Below are positions 1 through 15,949 of a stretch of 64,000 bases of DNA, piece after piece. Each line of letters opens with the position of its first letter. Position 1 is the stretch's first letter. The notes beneath the pieces are model-generated. The model had not been told where the DNA came from. It saw nothing but the letters and a program-made list of their open reading frames with translations, and searched no databases. A program made the position numbers and the translations under genes. The stretch comes from the human T2T-CHM13v2.0 reference genome, Homo sapiens, in assembly GCF_009914755.1 (NCBI RefSeq), contig NC_060937.1, one strand, 5' to 3'.

Positions 1-291
<291 letters not shown>

Positions 292-999
292 TCAACAATT
301 ATTTCTTTAGCACCTTCTATGGACCTGATGCTATTCTAGGTTGTAGGAATTCACCTCTATTAGGCTTTTCCTCTCTCTTTTTGGATTGACAACTGAGACA
401 TCACCTACTTTAGGAAACACCCCCTGACAGCCCTTGTCACCCACCAGGCTCAGCCCAGGGCCATTCCCGGGTGCTCCTAGGACACCCTGTGCATGGCTCT
501 GTGGTTGCACTTGCAGCTTTAAATTATGCTTTTCTCTTCATGTGTGCATCTTCCCCACCAGACTGTGAACTTGTCATGGTCAAGGTCGACACAATTCCGT
601 AGCCTCAGACGCCTACATAGTCCTTGCTCTAAACACATATATTGAATAAGGGAACTGTGGCAAAATCAGCAGTATTCACCTCTTTGAAGACAAAATGGTG
701 ACAACAGAGTGTGGAGGGAGCCTAGGCACTGGTCTTATGTTCCTCCCCGTCACCATGCAGGGCCAAGCTTCTTCCCACAGAACCACACGCTCCCTCCCCT
801 AGGCTGTCATGGCTCAGCAGTGCCCACCACGCCCCTGCTCAACCACCAGGCTACCAAGCAACTTCCTGGTCACGGTTGGGTCCTACTCTCCTGCCTACCC
901 ATCTTCTTCATCCCAGGAAACGGCAATTCTCCCTCCATCCACAGAAGAGTTGTCCTTGACGTTTACCTTTCTCTCATCCCCAACATGCTGTCTGCCCAT

Positions 1000-1780
1000 C
1001 CTGTTGGCTTTACCTCCAAGACAGCTCCAGAATCTGGCTGCTGCTCCCCTCCTCCTTGCCACACCCTCCTCCAGACCTCTGCTGCCATCCCTGACCAAGA
1101 CAGTGGCAAGAAAGCCTGGACTCCCTGCTTCCACCCCAGCCTCCGGACAGTCCTTTTTCCACCCAAGCCAGAAAGGGCTTTGAGAAACTGAGTGAGATGG
1201 CGCTGCTCCTCTGGCCTCCCACCTCACAGAGTATGAGCCAATCCTCCTGTCAGCCTTCGGGGCCCACCATCCCCATCTTGGTCTGTCCCCCGCCACCTCC
1301 TTCATTGCTGCCTCCTGCCACTCAGCCATATGGACCATCCAACTGCCCCTTGGATGCACCCCTTCAGCCTGGCCTCAGGGCCTCTGCCCTTCTGTTTTCT
1401 CTCCCTGCAGCACTCTTCCCTACAGCTCCCCATGGTCTCATTGCTCACTCCTGTGGGTCTCTGCACAAATGTTATCTTATTATCATCCTCCTTGATTACT
1501 TCTTTAGAATTGTACACACATGTGCAGACACACCCCACCTGTATACCCTGTCACTCTCTCCTGCTCCATTTTCTATCCACTTAATGAACACCCTTCTGAT
1601 ATATTCTATACTTTGCCTCTTGATAGGCATATGTTTTGTTTTCCCCCACCAGAACTACCATATAAGCTCCATGAGGGAAAGTATTTTTTTGGCCTGTTTC
1701 ATTCATTGCTGTATCCTCAATGCTTTGAATAGAGCCTGGCACACAGTAGATGCTCAATAAATGTATGTTAGATGAATCCA
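1000..1780 (+). mobile_element. Degenerate L2 3' region
   Basis: L2 3'-end motif agagcctggcacacagtagatgctcaataaatgtatgttagatgaat at ~1731-1777. Confidence 0.65.
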
Positions 1781-4767
1781 TGGAAAGTTAATAAAACTGG
1801 CATTCTGGTTTTTCTGGCAGTCTTGCTAGTTGGATGAGCATGAGAAAAATCCCCTTCCAATTTATGCACTAGCAAGATAGTTTCCGGGCCTGCAAACCAA
1901 GTAGGAACCAGACATAAATTGTGGGGACCCCACTGCCAGCCTCTCGAGCTGAGCAGGCACAACAGAGCAGTCATGTGGATGCCATGCACATGAGTCCATG
2001 CTGCCGTTCAGGGAGAGAAGACATCTGGACTCCAAGACTAGCAGGAAGGGAACTGTGTGTGCACTATGCCACATTGAGCGTTAATGTGGATGGAGATTAT
2101 AGTTTCGCAGTTCTGAGAAAATGACTCAGAAACCAGTCAGGACAATATCTGACTCGGCTGGTCCTTCTGATTAACTTCCTATTTTTTAGTAGTAGCTCAG
2201 AGTGGATGAACCCAGCAAGTTCATGCGAGGAAGGCCAACATCCTAGTCATGTCACACTGGTATTGTGCACCCTCCATATGACATGACAAGGAGAGCGTGT
2301 CACCCCTGGGGTCTTCTTTCCAAGATCTAATTCAAGTCTAATCACAGCAAAAACATCAGATAAACCCAGACTGGGGCTCTTCTACAGGACACCTGGCTGG
2401 GGCTCTTTCAGAATGTCAAGGTCCTAAAAAGCAAGGTAAGGCTGAGAAATGGGCACAGACCAGAGGAGACTGGGTGATGGAACAATGACATGCAATGTGA
2501 GCTCCTGGATGGGATCCTGGAAAGAGGATATTTATGGGAAAACTGGCACATGAAATTATACAGCCACTAAACTCATAAAGCAACCAAGCGCTTTGGTAGC
2601 CAGACCCCAGGGACGGCAAACTGAAAAGCAGAAAGGCCCCCATAAGCCACAGCTGATTGCTTTGAAGCCCTCCCACTTATCTCTGAAGGGCCTGTTGCTT
2701 GGGTTTTGTGTGAGGTTAGGCTCACATACCCCACTCTCCCTTCAGCTCTGTGTTGGGCCAATTCCTGACTCTATCCAGCTGTTCCCATAACTGTCTTCCT
2801 GAAGCTGGGCCCAGAACCACCGATGAGCTCGCTGCTGTTCTCAAGCCTGAAGAGCCTGACTTTCTCAGCCCTTACGTGAGACCCTCTGGGCACTCCCACA
2901 GCCGATCACTCCTCATTGCACACTGTGCCTGCTTCAAGCAAAATCATGAAGCACTTCTGTCTGCTTCCTTCTGCCAAAACATGCCTGATATCCGCACAAA
3001 ATACCTGACAGCAAAAGTGGGAAAATAGAACTTATATGAAGCGATGTACCTCCAAGCCATGCACAGTTCCGCCCTGCATGCTGGCGCCAGTGCTGCCCAG
3101 GGCTGCTGTGGCCGCTCCTCTTGGAATGCGTGGCTCAGGGATACCATGAGCCCAGCAGGCCATGAGTGGGGCCACCTGCACCCCACGACCCCCTCGTTTC
3201 AGCGACCCCACATCTGGGCCTGGGAACTGCAGATGGCCTTGGCGGGCTCATCAGGGGAGTCCTGCAGGCACAGGGGACAGCGCAGTGACAGGGCCAAGAC
3301 CTGGGAGTGTGCAGAAGGAAAGCAGCCAAAGCTGGAGGCTTCAGGGAGGAGCGCAGACCTGACGGAAAGGAACTCTGTCAGTAGGTCACAGGGTGTGAGG
3401 GCTGAGGGATTTAGTCACCAGTTAAGGAATTTCTGAAACTTAATCAGATGAAGGGAAGGATCCTTTTCCTGCTGAAGCCTCCTTCATGTCTGGCCACATC
3501 GCCTTTTCAGTGAAGCTTGCATATCGGGGCACTCACATTTCCTGCCTCTCCCCTAATCTCTTTATCTCGTGGGTGACATCAGCTCCAGCCTCCTCGCCTC
3601 TCTCGGGTCCTGCGGGGACTGTGGGTTCCACCTGGGATGGTTTCTGCGTTCACTGCCCAACTCACTCTCACGTGGACCCCAACACTCTCTGCCTCCAGGT
3701 TGGCCCCTTCTGCTGTGGGATGAGCTTTCTGAGAGCCTGACCTGATTGGGGCAACTCCTTGCCTGAGGAACGCTTGGCTCTAGGTGAAGGCCCAGCCATT
3801 GGCACAGCCCCTGGATTCTTCCCTACCTGGCTCCACTCAGGGTCCCCTCCAGGGCTCCTTTTTGGTCAGGGTGGGCAGCTCCTCATTTCCAGAGCACTCC
3901 AGCCCTTCCCTATGCTCTCCTTCTCCCAGAAGGGCTGGCTGACTCCACCTGTTACCCCAGCCCCCTCAGGTTGGCCACCTCCTCAAGACCTTCCAGGGCA
4001 CATGGGGCAGGCAGCTGGCCAGGCTCTCCTGTGTTGGATTCCTCTGGAGCACCAGTCCTGTTTTATTCTCAATTTATGTTCTTTTATGGTGACCTTCTGA
4101 AGGGCAGGGGCCACCTGTGGGACGCCTGGCACATCACAGCCACTCAGTGCATGCTGTGAGAATAAATGAGTGTGATGCAGAAGTCTGTGAGCACAGGTTA
4201 GCCACGATGACCACTTCCACACGGCTCCTGACCGGGGCACTGCATCCAACACCTCCACAGCCCTGGCCCCAAGGAAAGGCAGCTCCCTGCTGGACGAAGC
4301 TGGGCACCAGAAGCTGCAAGGCTGGGAAGTGTCAGGGGAGCCCACTGGTGGCATCTGGCCACTGTGGTGTGCATGGCCTTGTGGGTGGTGGGGCATGTAA
4401 TGGTACTCCCAGAGTGTTTTGGGACTAGATCTAGGAAAAGACCACATCAAAGACAATAATTGAGTGTTGGATCAAACAGGTACTTTAGTGTAGAACTTTG
4501 GTGCCTTTAATTTGCTACAGACATGGGGTGTCTAAGGGCTGGGCAGTCAGTGATGTTTCCCAAACATCATCTGACCATAGAGCCTCAGGGTACCATGGAA
4601 CCTACTCTGGGAAAAGCCCACATTTCTGGATTTCTGCTGAGTGATGGACAAAGGGCCTGGAAAAAAGTATCTGCTTATGACTTATGCGTCATGGTCACCC
4701 TAAAATATGCCGGTCATCAGGATCAAATGCTGTGTTTCTCATAAAAAACCAAAAGAGAAAAGATGTC

Positions 4768-5225
4768 TTTAAGGAATCAAAAACTTTTATTCAGAATAAG
4801 CGTTAGCAAAATGAAGGTAGGTGCCTCATAAATGCAGGGCCCCAGAGTACTCAGAAAGGGATTAGAAAATAATTACAAAAATATTTTGCCACATATTAAC
4901 ATGAAACTACAATCACTGGCTGTAAAATATAGTCAAATGCAATCAAGCTGAAAAGAAAAGGTGAAAATCTCCAGGTTATCTGCCCAGGTGGCAGGAAATC
5001 GACAGCCCCGAGAACGCAAGTGCTGCTGTGCCGCCAGGCCCAGGGCTATGATCCAAAGTGACGGGCAGACTACCGGCCTGCACCACCCCACTCAGGCTGC
5101 ACACAAGACAGCCAGCTTAGGATCTCCGTGGGCTGCTACCTATGTCACAGAGGGCTGATTAAGGGCTTGCAGTGTTCCCAAATAGGGCCTCCAATGAGAG
5201 GAGTGGAAGCTGCATTACAAGAAAT
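4768..5225 (-). other. CRYL1: CRYL1 3'UTR
   Basis: Runs from the stop codon to the poly(A) signal; cleavage site estimated ~15-20 nt past AATAAA. Confidence 0.85.
4786..4791 (-). terminator. CRYL1: CRYL1 polyadenylation signal AATAAA
   Basis: TTTATT on + strand, followed on the minus strand by a U/GU-rich downstream element (TTTTCTCTTTTGGTTTTTT, ~4743-4761). Confidence 0.85.
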
Positions 5226-5339
5226 TCACTGGGGCTGCACTTGACTCTTCAACTTGGCGAGTCTCATGAGGCACTCGTCCCTCCACTGCCTCCTGGCAGC
5301 TAAGTGCTCCGGGTCATCAGGGACCTTCATGCACATGTC
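5226..5339 (-). CDS. CRYL1: CRYL1 last coding exon 8 ([37 protein letters not shown])
   Basis: Strong polypyrimidine tract plus gcAG acceptor; 37 codons then TGA at 5228-5226. Total length is consistent with the 319-aa protein. Confidence 0.96.
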
Positions 5340-5731
5340 CTGCAAGAAGGAGAAGGAAAAAAAAGGACAATAAAGAGGAAATAATTTATCAAGAGTGTAA
5401 TTATTGCTCTTGTTTATGCAAACTGTGCAGAAACTGCTTTCAAAGACAAAAGCAATAAACCCTCAATGAACAGCAGCTTTCCAAATCTTGAAAGACCTCA
5501 GTCCCTCAGAGACAAGTCACAATGAGCTACCAGTTCACTGGTCACCCTGTCCTTAAGGTGTCCTGGTGACACAATGGAAGTATGAACAAAGTTATGAATG
5601 AGGAACCACCAAGATCAAGGGTAAAGATTCCAGCTGCAGAGGCAGGCCCACCCGCTGCAGAGGTGAGGGGCAGCAAGTGCTCCAGGTAGCCAACATGCTT
5701 CTCTGCAGTGAGTTGCAGAGAAGTTACATAC

Positions 5732-5838
5732 CTGGTTAACCTTCTCAGCAGTGGCCCTGGAAAACTCTGGAATGGGTCCAAAAGTCTGTAGGACATGTTT
5801 TATGCCTTCGCTGTATCTGTCGCAGTAGCTTAACATAC
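5732..5838 (-). CDS. CRYL1: CRYL1 coding exon 7 ([36 protein letters not shown])
   Basis: Lies inside ORF 5615..5884. 107 bp; acceptor ttccAG, donor GTATGT; phase 1/0. Confidence 0.96.
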
Positions 5839-6086
5839 CTGGAATTGTATGAAGACAAGAATCCACAATCTCAGAAAAAAACATTCTTAGTTATATTCAA
5901 ACTCAGAAATGCATTCAGAGAGTTTCACCCTGGGGTCAGATAAGCTACACTCTTCCCTCCCTGTGAAGACAAGACAGAGCTGGGGCATGTGTAAGGGCCT
6001 GCTGGCACTGGAGAAGCGACCCTCCCCATTACGCACTGTCCACGCTGGCTCCTGGGGGTTCGAATGCCAAAAAGTGCTGGTCCTGG

Positions 6087-6394
<308 letters not shown>

Positions 6395-9300
6395 TCAGAC
6401 CTTGCATGCCACCTCTGCTGGTGCATCTCATGGGACCCTCCGGTTGGCCTGCGTTCACACACTGATTTGTTGGCTATCACAGTAAGTCCTAATGTCACCA
6501 AGTGTTTCCTCCAACCATGGGTGTACAAGGTTATTTGTGTACAACGTTTGAATGCATTTTCCAAGAATTAAAAATGTCAGATCTCAGGTAAACCTGTCAC
6601 TTATGTCACTGTTAGACCACAGATCTCAGTTAGCACTGTATTGGGTACGGTCAAGGCTGCAGGTACTTGAAACACCGGTTGGAGAGCTCACGTTGGCTTG
6701 TACCTTGCTGGTTTGGGTGGATGGAGCCAGGCGCTCATCTGCACAAGCCCCCATGCACGCTCCCCACGCTCCTGCTGCTCCCCAGCCTTGGAGAGCCATG
6801 ATTTCTCAGATTCTAAGGAGAGGGCCCTGGGACTTTGGTGAAGAGATGCAGGAAGAGGCTTATCCTGGAGGGAGAGGGAGGGAGCCGCACGGGCTAGGCT
6901 GACTGTGCGAGAATGGGGTGCGCCCAGGGGAAAGCGCAGGCCAGTCACGGCCCCCACCCAGCACTGGCCTGCCCCGACCCGCTGGGCCCCGCAGACTTAC
7001 TCTCCCTCACATTCCTCCCCTCCCTGCTGCCGGGAGGCGAACGGGCTGGTGCCGGCCTGTGCTTAGCAAGTCAAGTCAGAAGCCAGGGCCGGGATCCTGG
7101 AAGAGGAGGAGGAGGCGTTTCTAGTCCTGGGCGCCATGGAGGACATAGGCTGGGCTACTGCTGCGACCCTGACTCATTTCCCACATCTTTCAAACCCTTA
7201 AAGGCTCAGCAGCTGGTCAGTCCGCCTACAAAGGTAACATGGGGACAAACGAAGCTGCAGAACGTGCAGAGCCTGCCCCAGCTCAGCTTCCCACTCCCCA
7301 CAAAAACCGTGGATGATTAAGTTAAAATACGAACCATCGGTACTAGATACGCTCAAAAAGCAAAAAATAAACAAACATCATCTTTGGGGTTTAGTTTTGA
7401 TTGACCTATGCTGATTTGAAAGCCTAAAATCATTGGGTTGCAATTTATTTGCTTCAAATAGTTCTTCTCTCTCAGTGTGTTAAAATTTCCCCCAAAATGG
7501 TTTTGAAGGGTAAAAGACTCAAACATACCAACTTTTCTGACATTAGCATCTGAAATTAACGGATGGGTACTCTGTTTATAAAAGAAGGGGTGTCATCTCA
7601 TTTAACCTAAGTGTTAATTTGGCAGTGCAGAATTCTGGAAGTCTCCTGAGCTTTCCAGCACTGGATACGTACTGTAGATGGCTTAGCATTTCTGGAGAAC
7701 AGAAAACAACCTACACATTTATTTCATTTGGGAAATTATTTACTTCACTTTTGCTAGTTGCTTATTTATTAAAACTAAAGGAGACAAAATCTAGACACAA
7801 ATACAGTTTATTCCTTCCTTTTGGGGTGGGGGAGGGCAGAGACACAAGAATCAAGTTGAAAATACATTAAATTAGAAGAAAATGGAAAGAGCTGCTGTGG
7901 CTGCATATCCCCCCACTTGCAGGCAGGCAGGCGCCCTCACGAGACCCCTCAGCAGCCAGTTCCATCTCCCTCTCCTACCAGAGCAGCCACAGGCCAGGGG
8001 TTCAGTTCACGCAGCACTTGCTCTCTGGAACATGTCACATTCTCTGAGCAAGTGTTCATCTCTCCCTGTTCTGTGAAACCATTTGAACCTCCCAGGAGCT
8101 TTCTAGAACTTTCTTTCCTTTCTGCCTTTGTAACGTTTTAAAGGGACATTTATTTCTACAAAACTTTTATTCTGTTTTATTCTGTTTTGTAGAAATAAAT
8201 GTCCCTTTAAAACTTATCATGCTGGAATTCATAATAGTGCAATTCATAATTTTCCCCATTTTTATTCAGGAAACCCTTTAAAATGTCAATCTTACTGATA
8301 TAAAAACTTTCTGTAACATGCTCTTGGGATGAAGAGCCTCACTGTCTGTGATGAAGTTTAGGCGCCCACACCACGTGCTCACCATGAGATGGGTGCAGCC
8401 TCCGGGTGCTCCAAGGGCAGGAGTTCTCAGTGACTTAGACTCACGACCTGCATCTGCCTGATTATTTACAACCATGTCCCAGTAAACTTATGACTGTGAC
8501 TGTTATTTGCAACTCCTCCCCTTCCATTTTAGGGAGGTGTAATTTATTTTCAACAATTATTTTGGCTTCTCTACACCACGAGAGGAGAATTGGGTGTAAA
8601 TTACTCTAAAATGCCAATTTCTTTGGAAATAGGAAAAATACAACACAGCCCACTTCACTTTTGATCCCCTGGTCTGCCCTTCCCCACTATTTCTATCTAA
8701 TCCAGCCTCCCCTGTATTTTTTCTTCTGTGCTTCCATGCCCTCTGTCCCTTTGAGTTCTAATTCTTCCAAAACCCTTGTAGAGCTTGGCTTTTTAGAAGA
8801 TTCTGAACCTAATTTCTTAAGAGATGCTTATCCAGAAAAAGACAAAGAGTAGAAAAAAGAATTGATTCTCATGAGATTGGATGTAGCTTAACTTGCTGCT
8901 TTCTAACTTGCGAGCCTTGGGCTGTGGGCCTCTGAGGGACAGTGGGTTTGAATGCCCCAGGTGCACAGGCAGGAATCCTTTCTGTTCCCATGTATGCAGC
9001 AGGCACCAGAGGAGGCCTTAACCCCAGCCCGAGGCCACAGCCACTAGGAGGGATTCCAGGCATCAGCTCCTTGGAGAGCCTTAATTGCCACCCATACATG
9101 GGAAGTCCGGTTTTCTTTCACGCAGCTATGAACCCACACCTGTATGAATTCACCTGCTTTTTAGAGACAGGGTTTCACAGAACTCATTAAGGAAGATCAA
9201 AAATGCCTCAAAGCACAGAGCGACATTATCTCATTCCTACTCTCAGGATCAAATTCCCACCTGAGTGAGGACTTGCCCAGGGTAGGGGAGGCAGAACCGA

Positions 9301-9703
9301 CCCGGGCCCCTCACCTCACCTCAGCAAGTCCCCGCCCATCAGCTCACCTGCTTCCACTGGCTGGCAAATAATTGCTTCCCATCAATCAACCAAACCCACC
9401 AGCCACCAGGCATCTCAGTTTTGAAAAAGGCAAGTGTCTACACAGGAGAGGAAATCTGTGAGGCAAAATGGTAAATAAACATCCACTTCCCCTGGAGGCG
9501 ATTTCCACGCTGCCAGATTCTGAGATGTCCTCATTTCAAGTGGAACAAAATGCAGGAGGAACCCAAACAGCCCCAGGGACAAGGCTGAGCGGTTTCTCTC
9601 TCTACTGACCTGCGAGTCTAAAGCTTAGCAAAGAAACAAACCCGGCTGGGAAACTCTAGGTACCTGGTTCCAGAGGCTTCTCCATGCCATAGCAAAAATC
9701 CTA

Positions 9704-11652
<1,949 letters not shown>

Positions 11653-11859
11653 AAAATCCTAATCTGTATTTATTCCTCTCTCTGCACTTGTGAATCTTTT
11701 TGGAAGAATTTTAAAAACCAAAAATAAAACAACAACGAAAAAAACTAGAAAAGTAGTACGTGAAAGAAACAAGACAAAGCTCTGTTTGAATATAACATAT
11801 ATTAAGGACTTAACAGGTGCCAGCAATCCAGCTAAGAGCTTCCATCTGGTTCAATTCTC

Positions 11860-11990
11860 ACACCACCCTGAGGAAGCAGTTACTGTTGTCCCCATTTCAC
11901 AGATGGGGAAACTGAGATGCAGTGAACTTAAGTCATTTGCCCAAGGTTATACAGCCAGTAGGCTGGAAAGCCAGGGTAAGGAGCCGGCCG
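11860..11990. mobile_element. MIR fragment
   Basis: MIR core cccatttcacagatggggaaactgag...aagtcatttgcccaaggttatacagc. Confidence 0.75.
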
Positions 11991-14378
11991 GCTGGCTCCA
12001 CAGGCCAGAACCACCATTCTGAGGGCCCGTCTTTCAGGGGTGTTGTTTGTAAAAGGAGCCAAAAGGCAATGGCACGCTGGCCTCCTGTTTCTCAGAAACT
12101 ATTTCATTAGATTAAAAATAAATCCTAAAATATTTGCACTAGTTCTAGATAAATGGTAGCTTTTCAGGCTAATAACTACCCTTAACCTGAGATGCTGGCT
12201 TTATGAAAACAGTATCAGAAAAGAAGAAAAATTCTCCCAACTCCAATCTTGATATATTCTGGGTGACACAGGGAAGAATGATAAACATTTCTATGGGTTC
12301 CCAGCCAGATCTTATAACTCTCCAACTCTGGTCTTTGGAATGCTCTGAAGTTGAAAACTACATCCGTCCACCATTATCATATGAAGCCAATTAGGTTTTC
12401 TTATCGTATCTGCTTTGTTTGAAAAATTGTTATGGGCCTCCTTCCTGTCTGCCACTCTATTTGATTCTTGAGTTTCTGGTTTCATTGGCTTCTGTTTCTA
12501 TTTGTTTGAAAGTCAAAGCTGTTCTCAGTTCTGTCCCTATCTATTTCTTATGATTCCTCAATTATCTTATTTTTCTCAAGAAAAAAAAGGGAGAAAGAAA
12601 AACACAGTGGTTATCAGGCAGCGTCTGTATACATTTCAAATGTATAAATTTCTATACATTTCAAATGCTTAAGTATATATACAAATCTATATACATTTCA
12701 AATGCTTAAATATGCTCACAAGTTTTGAGGTTCTGGTTGAAAACACCATTTGAAATGATCTAAGACTTTGTGTTAATAATACAAGAAAACTCTTGTTTCA
12801 CTGCATGAGGCCATCTTTCTCTACATTATCTTCTTCTATTCAGTGGTTATCTTCCCATAAAACTAACACACACGTGCTGGAGCAGATTCCCCTCTTCCCT
12901 TCACTCCTCTTAGCTCTTCTTAGCTTGATTCTGATAAGGACTGAAGCAGAGAACACACGGCCCATCCACTTCAGAAATCATCTGTGCACCTGCTGTATGC
13001 AGGAACATGTCTAGTAAAGCTTCCTTGAATTATTCATTGGACAGCATATTTCATTAACTACTGTGAAAATTGACTGAACTATTACCAAAATGTAATACTG
13101 AAATTATAGAACTGAAGTCAAACAGACTGAGAGAGGTCACCAACTCTCAACCTCCCCTCTCGCAGAGGGAGTTTCCTCTCAACATCTAAACCTCCCACAG
13201 GCAGGCAACCACATCCCCTTTTCAGCTTACCCACTTAAAGCATGGGCCTTTCCTGGACATCAGCTCCTGTTACTAGGAAGTTCTTCCTGCCATGTACTGA
13301 GCCCAAACCTGTCTGTCTGCTTGCCATTTCCAGTCTTTCACTCCACTTCCGCCCCCACAAAACATACAGACCGAGAGACATACGAGAGACTCTGGTCACT
13401 TTTTTCTGGATAAGCCCCAGCTTCTCAGTATCCTTTGTTAAATGCAGGCCATGGAGCTGCATACAATATTTCTTTTCTCTTTCTATATGTTTTCTAAGTT
13501 AGTAATGTTATTAATCTATAGTAATTGTAGAAATTTATAACACAGACAAGCAAAAAGATACTAAAAGTTACTTATAATCTCAGTACCAAGAGATAGCTGG
13601 CAATAATAACATCTAGGTTACATCTCTCTCCAGATTTTATACATAGTTTTAAAATTTTACTTTGTTTTAATTTGCTATAGGTTTTATTGGTTATCAAATG
13701 ACATTTTCTTTTTGGATCAATTAAAATCTGGTTGACAGAGTTTCATTCTTGGAAGTTTCTTGTCCTTCCCAAGTCGTCTTTCCTTTAGAGTTACCAGATC
13801 ACAGATAATGGGCTCAGACCTAATTCCCCCCAAGCCTTCTGGAGGCAGCGTCTGGCCAATGTCTGGTCTGCCCCACCCATATGCCCCTCCTCAGCTCCCA
13901 GCCTGTGGAAGCCCTCCCTCACTATAGGCTCCCTAGCCTTCTAGAAGAAAACCTTGCTCATATTTGGGCAGAAGAGATATCCAGCAGAGGTCCCTGTGGG
14001 TTAAGTCAGTCCCCTATCTTTTCGTCTTGCCTCTGTAAATAATGTCATCATCTTCCTCAGGAAACTACCACTTTCCCTTCTGCCAGGCTGGGTGACATGC
14101 TGCGAAGTTTCTGTGACATCACCAACCTCTCTTCCTTTGAGCTCTCACCTGAGCACAATGCACCACACGGAGCCCTGAGGTGCATGCACTCCACATGGAT
14201 TTACATCTCAGTACACAGCGTTTCGAATCCCTGCCTTGTCTGTGAATCACCAGGGCTGGCCATCATCTCCTATATACTGTCTCTATTCAGTTGTAAGAAA
14301 AGGCAAAATGTGACTGTTTACAAAACCCATGACAACACTAAATAGAATGGAATTCCCATCCTGGCCCCAGATGCATAC

Positions 14379-14484
14379 CTTCTGCATTGAGATGCATGGT
14401 TTCCAGGGGTCCAATGAATGCATACCGCATGCCCAACCCTTCTGACATGACAAGGTCCAGGTCACTAGGAGACACGATTCCTTC
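14379..14484 (-). CDS. CRYL1: CRYL1 coding exon 6 ([36 protein letters not shown])
   Basis: Not in the ORF track; translated by hand. 106 bp; acceptor cgtAG, donor GTATGC; phase 0/1, joins exon 7 in frame. Confidence 0.96.
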
Positions 14485-14599
14485 CTACGTGGAGAAATTG
14501 GGCGGCATAGATGAGTTTTGTAAAAAGACAATTTCATGACCACCACTTCCATCCTAACTTCTTTAGAGCAGGATCCCAAAATCTTCTCCAAAGCACTAT

Positions 14600-14929
14600 A
14601 CAGGGTGAGTACCACTTACCGAATATGCTTATGACCAGACATGTTTTGGATGGCTGATATTTTTTAGATTTTGGAATATTAGCATATGCATAATGAGATA
14701 TTTTGGGGATGGGAGCTGAGACTAAACACAAAATCTATTTCTGTTTCATATACACCTAGCCTGAAAGTAATTTTATATAATATTTTCAATAATTTTGTGC
14801 ATGAAATAGTTTGTGTACACAAAACCATCAGAAAAGCAAAGGTATCACTATCTCATTTCAGTGCTCAAAAAGTTTTGGATTTTGGAGCATTTTGGATTTT
14901 GGATTTTCAGATTAGGGATGTTCAACCTA
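14600..14929. mobile_element. Tigger4/MER46-like DNA transposon relic
   Basis: TA-CAGGGTGAGTA... left end and ...GGGATGTTCAACCT-A right end; internal ttttggattt repeats typical of Tigger4. Confidence 0.75.
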
Positions 14930-14988
14930 TGATAGTGTTTTGATTGAATTTTGCATGACAAAACTATAATATTATCATATGTTATAAA

Positions 14989-15376
14989 TGGCTTGGCGTG
15001 GTGGCTCACACCTGTAATCCCAGCACTTTCGGAGGCTGAGGTGGGGGATCACCTGAGGTCAGGAGTTCGAGACCAGCCTGGCCAACATGGTGAAACCCTG
15101 TCTCTACTAAAAATACAAAAAATTCGCCGGGCATGGTGGTGCATGCCTCTAGTCCCAGCTACTCAGGAGGCTGAGGCACGAGAATCACTTGAACCCAGGA
15201 GGCAGAAGTTGCAGTGAGCTGAGATCATGCCACTGCACTCCAGCCTGGGCATCAGAGCAAGACTCTGTTTCAAAATAAATAAATAAATAAAAATTAAAAA
15301 AATACACACACACACACACACACACACATATGTATACACTAAAAAGAGATTTTTTTTGTGTGTGTGTGTGTGTGTG
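14989..15376 (+). mobile_element. AluSx-like element with (AC)n and (TG)n tail microsatellites
   Basis: Alu consensus followed by (AAAT)n, (CA)n and (TG)n. Confidence 0.92.
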
Positions 15377-15949
15377 AAATGGTCAAACACAAATTCACCT
15401 TTTCCATCCCTGCAATCTACTAGGGGTTGAAATCAATTCCTCTTGACCTCCCTGCCTCCTTAGCTCACCCTACAACCTACGGACCGCCTGCAGCTGCAGG
15501 GAGTGAGAGAAGCTGACGACAAGGGGAGCGTGAGGACGGGGCATCGTAGTAAAAGGACATGAAGGATTTTCTAGATTTCTGCCTAGGACCCAGGGGGGAG
15601 TAAGATTAGAGCCATCAAAAGACGTGGGAAGGTGCTCTCCAGGCTTCACATGCCTGCAAGTCCGGCCTTGTTCAGCTTTTAATGAGTTCGTAAAAAGTGA
15701 TATTCTTTGATGAAATGCAGCTTAGAACCATGGGTTTGTTTGCTAAGGTGGGGCCCTGGAATCTTCTGCAATGTAAATTGCAAAGCAAGAGGCAAGTTGT
15801 TATGTATTAAGGTTAGACGTCTGATCAGCCACCTGTGTTCCTTGGCCTCACGTGGCTTTGGGATGGAGGCAGGCAAGCGCAGATAATGATCTGCAAGAGC
15901 TGCGCTCCACTGAGGTCCCTCCCGTCAGAGGATGCCTCCCCCTTGGGCA

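Noticed and set aside
709-1760. 160-aa and 187-aa ORFs
   Set aside because: Overlap degenerate L2 and pyrimidine-rich sequence; no protein family recognised.
5615-5884. 89-aa ORF as a standalone gene
   Set aside because: It is CRYL1 exon 7 plus flanking intron in an open frame.
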